This document shows positions 9,288 to 19,558 of a stretch of DNA of 64,000 bases, in pieces. Made by a program: the position numbers and the translations under genes. This DNA comes from Andalucia godoyi And28 (Eukaryota; Protista; Jakobida). Every line of letters starts with the position of its first letter. The first letter of the stretch is position 1. The notes beneath the pieces were generated by a model. It was not told the DNA's origin. It saw only the letters and a list, made by a program, of their open reading frames with translations, and made no database searches. The stretch lies in assembly GCA_009859145.1 (NCBI GenBank), contig VRVR01000031.1, positions 186,001 through 250,000 of the forward strand, in the 5' to 3' direction.

Positions 9288-11177
9288 TTAATTTACACTT
9301 GGGGATGCGGATGCGGATGCATAGAGCGATGAGACGGCCCGGTCGACTGCTCTTTTGTGCCCAGTCCGCAGCGCAAATTCGCCTACGACGACGCACAAGA
9401 GCAGAACGACCATTGTGAGTGTGTATCCGTTACGTGCGACACACTTGTGGAGCGCGGGATCGAGTGTTTTGAAGAGCCAGGGGGAACAATCTGGATCGAC
9501 ACACGCATACAGCGGATCCCAGAAGAACTGCTCCCCTGTACACTCGGCTCTTACTTCGCAAAACTCTTCTTCCTCTTCTTCTGCTGCCACTTGAATGTGA
9601 ATGTTGTTGTTGTTGTTGTTGTTGAGAGAGCGCGACGAAGATGTGGAGTTGGAAAACAGACCGATGCGCCGGTTCACAAAGTCCACAGCCACTATCCCAC
9701 CAAGCGCCTCGATGACCCGGGTTCCGAGCACGATTGGCGGCAACGCTCCATACGCAAGCTCACTTCCCCCGTCATTCCACCCCGATCCAAACGACGATGA
9801 CGGAGAAGATGACAGCCATGAGGATATGGAAGAGGAGGAAAGGATGCCGGCACTTGAGACTGCGGCGATGCATACTCGTACTCGATCCTCCATGATCAAC
9901 TCTCCGATCGCAATGCGCACCCTCTTTGCACTCGCACCTGACCCCGAGGGCGATTCCGAGAGCACAAAAGAAAGACGGGGCATATGACGCGCATCCTCGA
10001 TTGAAACTGGCCGCCGCAGCCTGCAAAGTCCCGTTCCGCTGCTCACTCCAAATGCGGATTCGATGGCAGCAGAGCAGTCCAGAAGGGGGATGCGACGAGC
10101 AAGAAGGAGCAGCATGTCGGCAGGCAGAGCAAGGCACTCGGTGGATGTCCGCAGCGCAAGAGGCCATCCACGCGACACATTCCCCAGGAAAGACACTCCG
10201 CCTCCGCCTCCGCTTCCACTTCCAGCTGAGCCGCTATTACTCCCACACATTCGCAGGTCATAGGCTGCAAGGCGGACATCCAGTGCCGACGACAGGGTTT
10301 GCATGACCTGAAGACTCCGCTCGGACCATTCCAGCTGGTTGTGGAGTAGCCTGAGTGGGAGGTGCGACCCAGTCGGCGCCATCTCGTCGATATCGCCGAT
10401 CCACGGATACGTCAAGAGCGCGGAGGAGAGAGAGAGGATGAATCCAGATGGAAAAAGAAGCGGTGTTGCAAAGAGACTGCCGGTTACATTTCTCGGAGTC
10501 CAGTACCAATCTGACTCGCGGCGTGCTTCTTCCACGCGTCTGTCCACTGGGATTCCAAACAACGCCGGCGCAATCCTCGACATGGGCATGGCGGGTGTTG
10601 GCGTAGGGGAGGCAGCAACGATGGAGAAGTTGAGGAACGGAAAGCGCGACACGGCAGCGTACGCATGATTTGTTGTTGTTGTCGTTGTCGTCGATGATAG
10701 TGATAGCGATGCTGGCGATGATGACGAAGCAGGGAGAGGCGGAGAAGGGTCGGTGGGGATGGAGAGGTAAGAAGCGGGCGGGACGGCGGGGGAGGACGGG
10801 CAGGCGGGATAGAGGGTAGGATTAATACAAGCAGCTGAATGCAGAGAGCAGCACAAGAGAAGCACCGCGGCAGAGGCCGGCGAATCGGGGGCCATCGAGT
10901 CTACATACACTCGCACTGCAGTCGTCGCAGATGTTGCCGTAGTGGGTGAAGGGAGAGAGAAAGACAGAGTAGCCGTATAGAGATGTAACGAAGACGAGTG
11001 GCGAGTAAGCGGATAGATCGCACCATCCACTCGGATGCACATGAGCATCAGCATCAGCATCATCACAGCAAGAAGCGGTCCTCTCCTTCGTCTCCGTTCT
11101 AACGCTCGTAATCCTCGTAGTGGTGGTGAGAGACGGACAGCCATATGAATCACATCTCGGGTCATTTTCCTGCTCAT
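9288..11177 (-). CDS. Type I membrane protein with degenerate aspartic-peptidase-like fold and Cys-rich juxtamembrane domain
   Basis: Hydrophobic leader, VRVYVDS, MPRLSFVL, IVLGTRVIEAL, VDFVNRRIGL resemble pepsin-fold motifs; Cys-rich segment, then C-terminal TM. Confidence 0.6.
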   Translation of the reverse strand: MSRKMTRDVIHMAVRLSPPLRGLRALERRRRRGPLLAVMMLMLMLMCIRVDGAIYPLTRHSSSLHLYTATLSFSLPSPTTATSATTAVRVYVDSMAPDSPASAAVLLLCCSLHSAACINPTLYPACPSSPAVPPASYLSIPTDPSPPLPASSSSPASLSLSSTTTTTTTNHAYAAVSRFPFLNFSIVAASPTPTPAMPMSRIAPALFGIPVDRRVEEARRESDWYWTPRNVTGSLFATPLLFPSGFILSLSSALLTYPWIGDIDEMAPTGSHLPLRLLHNQLEWSERSLQVMQTLSSALDVRLAAYDLRMCGSNSGSAGSGSGGGGGVSFLGNVSRGWPLALRTSTECLALPADMLLLLARRIPLLDCSAAIESAFGVSSGTGLCRLRRPVSIEDARHMPRLSFVLSESPSGSGASAKRVRIAIGELIMEDRVRVCIAAVSSAGILSSSSISSWLSSSPSSSFGSGWNDGGSELAYGALPPIVLGTRVIEALGGIVAVDFVNRRIGLFSNSTSSSRSLNNNNNNNIHIQVAAEEEEEEFCEVRAECTGEQFFWDPLYACVDPDCSPWLFKTLDPALHKCVARNGYTLTMVVLLLCVVVGEFALRTGHKRAVDRAVSSLYASASASPSVN

Positions 11178-12012
11178 TTTCTTCTTCTTCTTTGTTTCTG
11201 TTTTCGATTTTTCCAAAATGTGCAAACAACGATTAACGAGGAAAGAAAAACAAATTAATAATCGTAGAAAACAATAAATGAATGAATATGTTAAAATTTA
11301 AAAAACCAAGGAAACATCACTCAAACGAGCTCAAGTCGGAGGTGGAGGACGGAAGAGATGCTAGAAGGAACGGAGAATTGATGCTTGAGGAAGGGAAAGT
11401 GAAGGCAAAAAACACGCGCGAAAAAAAATCACTCAACTTTTTCTGCAGTGACAGACGAACTCGGGGAACTGGCGATCCGCGCGTGTGTGACACTGACAAA
11501 CCATCTGAGGATTTGACGATTTCCGTGTCTCGGAAGCACAGTCGGTAGATTTATACACACATATATATATATGTATATGGATCTCTTTTTTCATTTTTTT
11601 TAATAATTAAAATAACTAACTAACAACTAACTAACAAACAAACAAATTAATTAATTAAGAATCATTGGTTTCCCCTGAATTCTGTTCTCCACGTTTTTCT
11701 TTTCTTTTCTTTTCTTCTTCTTCTTCTTCTTCTTTCTTTTAAAAATTAAAAATTTAAATTACCGATTCACACGCACGAAAGAGACGCGGCAACGAGTGAG
11801 TTGCTTCTTTGTTTCGTCTCTTGGCTTCCAACGTGCAATTTACAGAACACGGATCGTCGGAGAAGCAGGTGGTTGTGGGATCGGTACTGCGATTGGTGTC
11901 GTTGCTGTTTGTTGTGTGATATAGGAAGAGAGTGCGAGGTGACGGTGGTTTCTTCTTCTTTTTTAATTAATATTTTATTAATAATTTTTAATAGATTTTT
12001 TGTTGCAAAGGA

Positions 12013-12703
12013 ATGTCGAGGAGCGTTCCATTTCCTCACGCTGTTGCCACAAGCGCTCCTGCGATTACGTCTTCTCCTGCAGCAGCAGCAGCAGCAGCAG
12101 CAGCAGCTGGGGGTTCCAGTAGCGGTGGAGGATCGGGGGGATCGTCGTCTCTGAACACGAGTAGTGCATTGTCGTCTGCACCAAGTTTTGCTCATTTGCA
12201 ACACTTGATGCATCCTTCTCACTATGCTGCTGCGTACTCACATGCACACGGAGTCTCAGCACAGCCCTCGTCGTCTTCTTCCACTGTTATTCCTACGACC
12301 ATGACTCCGGCTACGTCTGCGTCTGCGTCGCTGTCGAATACGCCTTCGACTGCGTTTTCCGTTCGTCAGTGGCCATCGTCGGCAAGCGCTGCAGGTACGT
12401 CTGCACTGGCATCAATCGACGCATCGGCATTTATGATTCCAAACATGCATCTCCAGACCCATCCGTCGTCGTCGCTGTCTTCTTCTTTCAACTCCAGTTC
12501 CAACTTCAATTCGAATTTTAATACCAGTGGCAATGGGAGTGGGAGTGGGAGTGGGAGTGGGAGTGCGGGCAGTGGGAGTGCGGGCAGTGGAAATGGGATC
12601 ATATTTTCGTCGATTTCGAATGCACAGATGGGTGCCCTTGGTGGAACTGCCAGTGCATCCCATTCATCGTCACCCACCTCTCAAACGCAAACGCAAACGC
12701 AAA

Positions 12704-12767
<64 letters not shown>

Positions 12768-14799
12768 AGCCCATGCGCAGACGCAGGTCCAACTGCAGAA
12801 TCAAGTTCAGTTTGGAAGTGCGAGCTTTCCAGCGGGTGTAGGTGCCTTGCTGAATGGATCATCAGGCCACGGTCTGCATCTTCCGTCCAGTACGAATATG
12901 AATGGGGGGTATGGCAGCCAGAGTCTGCAACAGCAATTTCCAAAGACCAACATCAATAATAGTAACAACAGTTCCAATAACAATGGCAATAGCAATGGCA
13001 ATAGCAATGGCAATAGCAATATCATAAGTGGTGGGTCCGAGTTCGAGTCGCTGCATGGCCAGTTGCTGCCTCCGGTGGGGGTTGTAGGTCTTTTTGGAGG
13101 ACCACAGGGGTTTCATACGTATCCGTCTAGTGCATCGCAGCAACTTCAGCAACTCGATGTGAATGGATCCATGCAGCCTATGGGACTCGGAATGGGTACT
13201 GGCATGGGTACTGGCATGGGCACGAACATGGGTATGAACATGGGTGTGGGAATGGGCGTGGGAATGGGCGTGGGAATGGGCGTCGGAATGGGGATGGGTT
13301 CCGGATTGGGAATGAGTCCAGGAATGAATATGGGCATGATGTCGAATGTACAGACCAATATGCTGCACTCGATGAATGCAGCAGGAGTGACAGGAACGAA
13401 TGGAATGTACCAGCAAGGATCCGGAACTGGTACCGTGTTTGGACCTGGGAATGCCGTTCTGCTGAACAGTGGTCTGTACTCATTGTCGGCCGCGAGCGGG
13501 AGTGGTATGGGAAGGGGGACCGGTGTCAGCAGTGGGAGTGGGGGTGGTGGTGGTGGTGCCAGTAGTGGCGCGCGTGGAAATGCAAATGCCAATCCGCCAC
13601 CGAGTTTGCACTCAATGGTGCAACAGCCACAGCAGCAACACAACATTAATGCTGCTCCGCCACCTTCTGCAGGGCATGGATTGTCGTCGCATTCTCTTGG
13701 ATTCCACAATTCTTTAATGGGGACGGCGAACGGCCAGAGTGTTTCCGCTTCGAGTTCTCGAATGTCATCGCCAATTTCACTGCAGCAGCATCAACAGTAC
13801 CACCTTCAGCACCAGCAATCTCAGCCACAGCCGCCAACACAGCAACAGTATCCTGGGATTATCCAGTATGGTTCAGGAATCACACTGCGACCGCCGTTGG
13901 ACATTCCGTCGTCAGAATTTGTGATGATCGTGTCGGAAATTAACGCATATGTACGTAGGAATTGGAGGTTTGACATGAACACAAACGAATTGTTTGCAGT
14001 GTACATGCGTAATAATGTGGAGCAGATGTCGCGCAGCTGGAGATCGGGAGATCGTGGCCGAAAGACAGTGCAAGCGCGCCTTCGTCAGTTTGTGAGACGC
14101 AAGAATTGCGCGATCACAGTGACAGTTGCCGAGTCGCTTATGGATGTTGCTCAAGCAGCTTCGTTTTCACGCATGCAAGCGCGCCGTCGACCAGCCACGA
14201 AAGCTTTGCTTGCGGCAGCTGCAGAAGAAGAAGAAGAAGACAGAGAAGGAAGAGAGGAAGAGGAGAAGGAAGAAGGAGAAATAGAAGCAGAAGAAGCTGA
14301 AGTTGAAGCAGAAGCAGATGCAGATGCAGTAGAGGAAGAAGGGGGAGGGGATGGTGACAGGGAACATGATGGGGCCGAGCACAATAGAGAAACAGAGGAT
14401 CAGGACGATCAAGATCGGAAACCGGCCAAGATCAGGAGATTGGACGATAGTAGGGCTCGTATGAACGAATTTGAAACCGAGAATTCGAGCCATCATGGGA
14501 AAAAAGAAGCCGTGCGGACACCGATAGTTCAAAGGCCTGGGAAGAATGGTTCGGGCGCGGACGCAAGTGCCGTTGCAGGTCAAAAGGCACGGACCTCGCC
14601 AGGTGAGGTTCGTCCGTCAGATGACGCCTCTTCCTCCGCGTCGTCTTCCACTGCTTCCAACAGCAGTCCATTTGACTCCACCACATGGATGCCGGTTGTT
14701 GAATTTGCACGTACGAACCAGCTTTCTGCTGCATGGATCCTAGATGCAATTCGCAAGACGTTCGAAGACCAGCAGCACCGCGTTCCGTGCGACTTGTAG
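12013..14799 (+). CDS. Low-complexity protein (Ser/Gln/Asn/Gly-Met repeats, acidic tract), unknown function
   Basis: 928-aa ORF with ATG start, flanked by AT-rich spacers; one compact basic/helical segment around aa 625-730. Confidence 0.75.
12703..12770 (+). repeat. (GCACAG)n coding repeat, Ala-Gln tract
   Basis: Tandem hexamers inside the 12013-14799 ORF. Confidence 0.9.
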
Positions 14800-15083
14800 A
14801 TGCCCTCACGATATCTATCATCCCCATGTGATACACTCGTTCTGAGAAAAGAAGGGGGATGGGAGGGGAATATCAAAAAATTTCCATTCAAAACACCGCA
14901 ACAAATCGAATCAAATGCCAGAATCTGCTTGTTCGGATGCGTGGATTTCGGAATCACTGCCATACAGCAAAACACATAGAGAGTAAAATCGAACAAGGAC
15001 AGTCGCATGAACGATTAAAAAAACAGTCATAATGAATACTTGGTGTTCTTTGTATGTCTTTTTTTTATTATTACTTTGCTCGT

Positions 15084-16997
15084 TCATCTACCTGCGGAAC
15101 GATCACGCTTCTTGAGCACAAGGAATTCTTGGACCGAGTTCCAAAACGTGGTGAGGATCTGATTATCTTGGAACCTTCTCGCGCGAGAGATCTTCAACAC
15201 GTGGACTTGTCTCCAAGCTGCAACCACTGGATTCACCGGTTGATCATCAAACTGCAGAGCAAAAGCACGGACGGCAGAAAAGAATTCCGCTGTGGACTTC
15301 CCAAGCGGAAGTCTGTTCTGCTCCCATTCTCTTCCGAGCATGAACACCGCCACAATGCGATCGTAGTCAGACGGAGTCATCTTTTCATTCATTTCCATGA
15401 CCTGGAACTTTCGCAACGTGCCATCTGGCATCGGGCGTGTGATATTCAAGCTGGAGGGCTTCGAAAGACCCGCGGCTTGCATCTCGTCGGCGCGTTGTGT
15501 CGCTGGGACGTACGTCATGTTCTCTAACAGATCGCGAGCATTGTACATGTTGATGAGCGACGACGCAGCAGAGGGAACCAAAATAAGTGGATATTGGCTC
15601 CCAGATCGAGAAGAAGAAGAAGATGAAGGATGAGTCGGCGTTGTCGATGACGATGACGATGACGATGGAAGAGGTGCTCCACGCGGCCCGGGAGTCCTGG
15701 GAGCACCTTGTGTATGCAGCGATTGTGCGGACGCTGAAGACGGTCCAGCCAGCTGTGACGACTGAGCCTGCTGCATTCCCGCAATATTGGTACCGGATTC
15801 AAATTTCACAAATTCGCCAATATCCTCGCCCACTGCCTTCTGCCATTGCTGTTCACGAGATTGGACATACTTGCGTCCGCCAGCATCTGCCTCTTTTCTG
15901 TTTGCTGCTGCGCCCGCAGACTTGCTCCGGACACGCTCGGCTTCATCTGCCTTGATCTGCTTGACAATGCCATTCGCAAACCGGAACTGCTCTCCATTCA
16001 TCACAGAGGCTCCGTTTGGACCCGTTGATGACGGCAGCACACGCTCCATACTCACTGCTGGGAACACCTCCATCTGCAGCAACGCCGCATCCGCTCGCTG
16101 GCTCGATTTGACCACTGCCTGCACCTGTTTTTCCTTTCCAGCAAAGAACCGTCCTTGTACAATACCTGGCTGGCTCTGGCTGCTGTTGCTGTTGGTAGCG
16201 GTGGCGGTGGCCGATGCTGCACCGTCTGTGCCATCTGCAACGGCGTTCGCAGCAGCAGTGATGAGCGACTTGTACGACATGGAGCCATCTGCAATCGCTG
16301 CGATTTTCTCCAGAATAAGATTTCGGACCACATCCGCATCTTCTGCCGACATTCCGCCCACAGGCGCCGAAGCACCAGAGATATGCATGCTTGCATCACC
16401 AGCGCCGCCGAGCTCGCCCTCGTCGATGCCCAATCTCTTCTTTTTGAGCTCTCTTCCCTCTTTCTTCCTTCCCTCTGCATCCCTCTTTTCGCCAATGACA
16501 GCGCTCTTATTATCGTATGCCTCGTCGTCTTCTTCGTCGTCGTCCGCCTTCTCAATCTCGATCTTCTCGATGACTCCCGCGGCAGAGACCACCGCGCGCT
16601 TCACCGGCTTTTGAATCCCCGGAATGCGGATCATGGCTTCTGCAATCGACGGGAAGATATGGTCGGCCGTAGACTTTGTCGCATCCGATCCATAAAGCTC
16701 CTTCACAATCGCACGCCGCGTCAGAGCAATCAATCTCTGGTAAGGAGTCGCGGACCCCTGCAGCCGCGTTACGCTCTTCATGTACTCATGGACCGAGTCC
16801 GACAGATGCAGCAGCAAAAAGTACACATTCGCCGCATTCAAAATCGAATACTCCACATTCCGGTCGTTCGAAAATGGAAGAACAAGCAGCGCTGTCCGCG
16901 GAACAAGAATATCGGACACTACTATATACGAATCTAGCGCGTACATCGGAAGCCGATTCTGCACCGCATTCGCAAACAGCGAAAGAACACTCGTCAT
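15084..16997 (-). CDS. CDC73: Paf1 complex subunit Cdc73/parafibromin
   Basis: C-terminal domain PLILVPSAASSLINMYNARDLL...DYDRIVAVFMLGREWE...ISRARRFQD...FWNSV. Confidence 0.9.
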   Translation of the reverse strand: MTSVLSLFANAVQNRLPMYALDSYIVVSDILVPRTALLVLPFSNDRNVEYSILNAANVYFLLLHLSDSVHEYMKSVTRLQGSATPYQRLIALTRRAIVKELYGSDATKSTADHIFPSIAEAMIRIPGIQKPVKRAVVSAAGVIEKIEIEKADDDEEDDEAYDNKSAVIGEKRDAEGRKKEGRELKKKRLGIDEGELGGAGDASMHISGASAPVGGMSAEDADVVRNLILEKIAAIADGSMSYKSLITAAANAVADGTDGAASATATATNSNSSQSQPGIVQGRFFAGKEKQVQAVVKSSQRADAALLQMEVFPAVSMERVLPSSTGPNGASVMNGEQFRFANGIVKQIKADEAERVRSKSAGAAANRKEADAGGRKYVQSREQQWQKAVGEDIGEFVKFESGTNIAGMQQAQSSQLAGPSSASAQSLHTQGAPRTPGPRGAPLPSSSSSSSTTPTHPSSSSSSRSGSQYPLILVPSAASSLINMYNARDLLENMTYVPATQRADEMQAAGLSKPSSLNITRPMPDGTLRKFQVMEMNEKMTPSDYDRIVAVFMLGREWEQNRLPLGKSTAEFFSAVRAFALQFDDQPVNPVVAAWRQVHVLKISRARRFQDNQILTTFWNSVQEFLVLKKRDRSAGR

Positions 16998-17194
16998 TAT
17001 CCACCCTTTTTCTCAACCGCCTCTTTCCCTCCCCACCAAAAACAACAACAACAACAACAAGCAAACAATATCAAAGTACAACCTTTTCCGCAGTAATGAA
17101 AATTAATTAATTAATTATCAATAAAACACCCAAAGAAGCAGAGCAAAGGAGCCACAAAAACCCAACATTAAAGAAGGCCAAAAGACTGCGCGCG

Positions 17195-17229
17195 TCAAGT
17201 ATCAAGTATCAAGTGTCAAGTATCAAGTG
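17195..17229. repeat. (TCAAGTR)x5 heptamer tandem in a divergent intergenic region
   Basis: tcaagta tcaagta tcaagtg tcaagta tcaagtg between CDC73 and the EamA gene. Confidence 0.85.
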
Positions 17230-17488
17230 TCTTTTTTTGTTGGTGTGCAGCAGACTACAGTCAGTCAAGCCTTTTTTTTTTGAATTGCGCGGATAAAAGT
17301 GAAAAGGACGTTTCCGCGAGATTTTACGAATGATCAGCTGGGCGAAAGTGGATGATTTTTCTTAATTAAAAAAAGTATTTAATTTTTTCATTTTTTAATT
17401 AAAAATTTCTTTTTGGTGGGGAATGGTTTCCGCGGTGAATTGTGCAAAAGGTTCAAAAAAAGGGGCCTAATAACAAGGAACAGCAAGG

Positions 17489-18631
17489 ATGAAGCTGCGT
17501 TGCTCGGGGCCGCTATCCACGAGTGCGTCGTACAAGATTGCGGCGCTGATATTTATTTCGGTTCAGATTTTGTTTGCGGTTTACACACTGCTTTCTGCGC
17601 GAGCACTGTCTGGCTCAAGCTCTTTTCATCCATTGTTCTTCATTGTGCTGCGGGGACTGTTTGCGACACCGCCGATGATGCTGCTTGCGTATCTTGCGGA
17701 TCGGCATGTGCCTCGATCGTGGAGCAGCTTGAAGGGGCCGTCTATGCTTGGGATCCTTGGGTTCGGGTTTTCTCAAACGACGTATGTGTATGCGATCATG
17801 TGGTCTTCTGCACTCACGGCCTCCTTGTTCCAACAGCTGATTCCGATCGTCACGACGATCACGTCGGTTATTCGAAAACAAGAGACGATGAGCCTGCGCA
17901 AGGGACTCGGAGTCGCGACGTCCTTCATCGGATGCTCTATTATCATTTTGAATCCGTTCGACGGCACGTTCAAGGCAGATATTGAACCCTGGGGTATTGT
18001 TGCAATGGTCGTCAACATCACTTCGAACTCGGTGTACTTGTTCAAACTGAAAAAGGTCCTTGCGACTTCCGGTATACCGACGCTTACAGTGACTGCGATA
18101 TCCTTCTTGTCGGGCCTCCTGTTTCTCACGCTCATTGCGCTTCCAGTTTTCTTGTTTATTGAGACGGACGTGGATGTGTGGAGACCGCTGAGAGAACCAA
18201 CGGCTTTGGGGATATTCACCGTGGTCTACGCTGGGCTGGTTTCTTCGTGTTTGTCATTCTCGATATCCAACATTGGAGTCAAGATGTCCGACCCGATGTT
18301 TTCGGCGCTCTTCAATCCGCTGCAGCCGGTGTTTGTGGCGATCTTTGGCCTTTTGGTCTTTGGCGGAACACCGTCCATTGGGCAACTTGTCGGCGGACCT
18401 TTGGTCCTTGGAGGACTGTCGCTCGTGCTCTATGAAAAGCGACGAGAGGCTCGTGCAAGGGATACTGTTCTGAAACTCAAGGAAGCAGGATCGATGCCAG
18501 ACACAGATGAGCAGGAGATGAACGAGACAAGAATCGCAGATCGCTCGCTGTTGAACGACCAGGATGTCCCCGACTACGACGAACACGAACATCAGCACGA
18601 GCACGAAGGCCAGGGCGAATGCGAATACTAG
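17489..18631 (+). CDS. EamA/DMT-superfamily transporter (WAT1-related type)
   Basis: About 10 hydrophobic segments in two repeats; LIPIVT, KGLGVATSFIG, FNPLQPVFVAIFG, GQLVGGPLVLGGL. Confidence 0.9.
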   Translation: MKLRCSGPLSTSASYKIAALIFISVQILFAVYTLLSARALSGSSSFHPLFFIVLRGLFATPPMMLLAYLADRHVPRSWSSLKGPSMLGILGFGFSQTTYVYAIMWSSALTASLFQQLIPIVTTITSVIRKQETMSLRKGLGVATSFIGCSIIILNPFDGTFKADIEPWGIVAMVVNITSNSVYLFKLKKVLATSGIPTLTVTAISFLSGLLFLTLIALPVFLFIETDVDVWRPLREPTALGIFTVVYAGLVSSCLSFSISNIGVKMSDPMFSALFNPLQPVFVAIFGLLVFGGTPSIGQLVGGPLVLGGLSLVLYEKRREARARDTVLKLKEAGSMPDTDEQEMNETRIADRSLLNDQDVPDYDEHEHQHEHEGQGECEY

Positions 18632-19558
18632 GTGCACAGCAAAGTGTTCATGTAAGTTATTGTTGAAAAAAATGTCTTCTTATAGACGTCTGTACGCCTA
18701 CGCTGCACACTATTTTGCAGTTTGTGATGCAAGTCCGTCGTCCGATTGCGGATCTTCTGTTGCATTCGCAGTGGCGCTCGACGCATTGTGCACACCATTG
18801 GCGAACCTTTTCTACCGTTGCAATCTTTGGATTCGAGTGTATCTGAAGCACCAACACAAACGATGTAAATTCGAAAAGTGTCTTTCGATCCTACATGAGG
18901 CAGTTTTAAGAAAGGTATACGTTGGTGTTTTTTTAAAATTCCGAGTCGATGGAAGATAAAATGAGAACAGAGAAGATGACCCGTCGCACATAACGTTACC
19001 GCAGCGCTTGCAGCAGCTGTGGGCGCATCGGGCCTGCACACCTCTGTGTCGCGACGGCGGAGACAGCTTTGTGTATCAACGTTGAACATCAAACAGTACG
19101 ATTTTCTAACCGCAGTCAACTTGAGAATTTCTTCGTTCTTCGCGTTTTTTCCTTTTCTTTTTATTATTTTCTGTTTTTTTATTTTTTATTTTTACTGTCG
19201 ATCCCTCAAGCAGCACCCTTCACCAAAGACAGAAAAGCATCTCATGGCTCCGAAGAGGGACAGCCTAGCCGATGACCGATAGGTTTTTTGGCGAACGGCG
19301 GAGACGACCACACTTCAGCAAAAGCAAGCGCGCTGCGTCACACCGCACGTAGATACTGCTGCCCATTTTTTGTTTTAGTCGACAGCTGTCAACTCATCCG
19401 TGCTATCCCGCAGCGATCACGAACGCATCAAACGCGAGAATGTTGGAGCTGGATAATAATGATAATGATGATAATGATGATAATGATGATAATTGTTTTT
19501 TAAAAAAATAATTAAATAGAATTAATTCTTTTCTTTTTTGTTGGCGGTATCAATCTAG

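Noticed and set aside
18628-19240. Possible spliced minus-strand gene (and the competing plus-strand ORF 18564-18959)
   Set aside because: A phase-consistent model can be built, but the donors are not GTATG, the introns are short (90 and 109 nt) and the product is unrecognisable; not supportable
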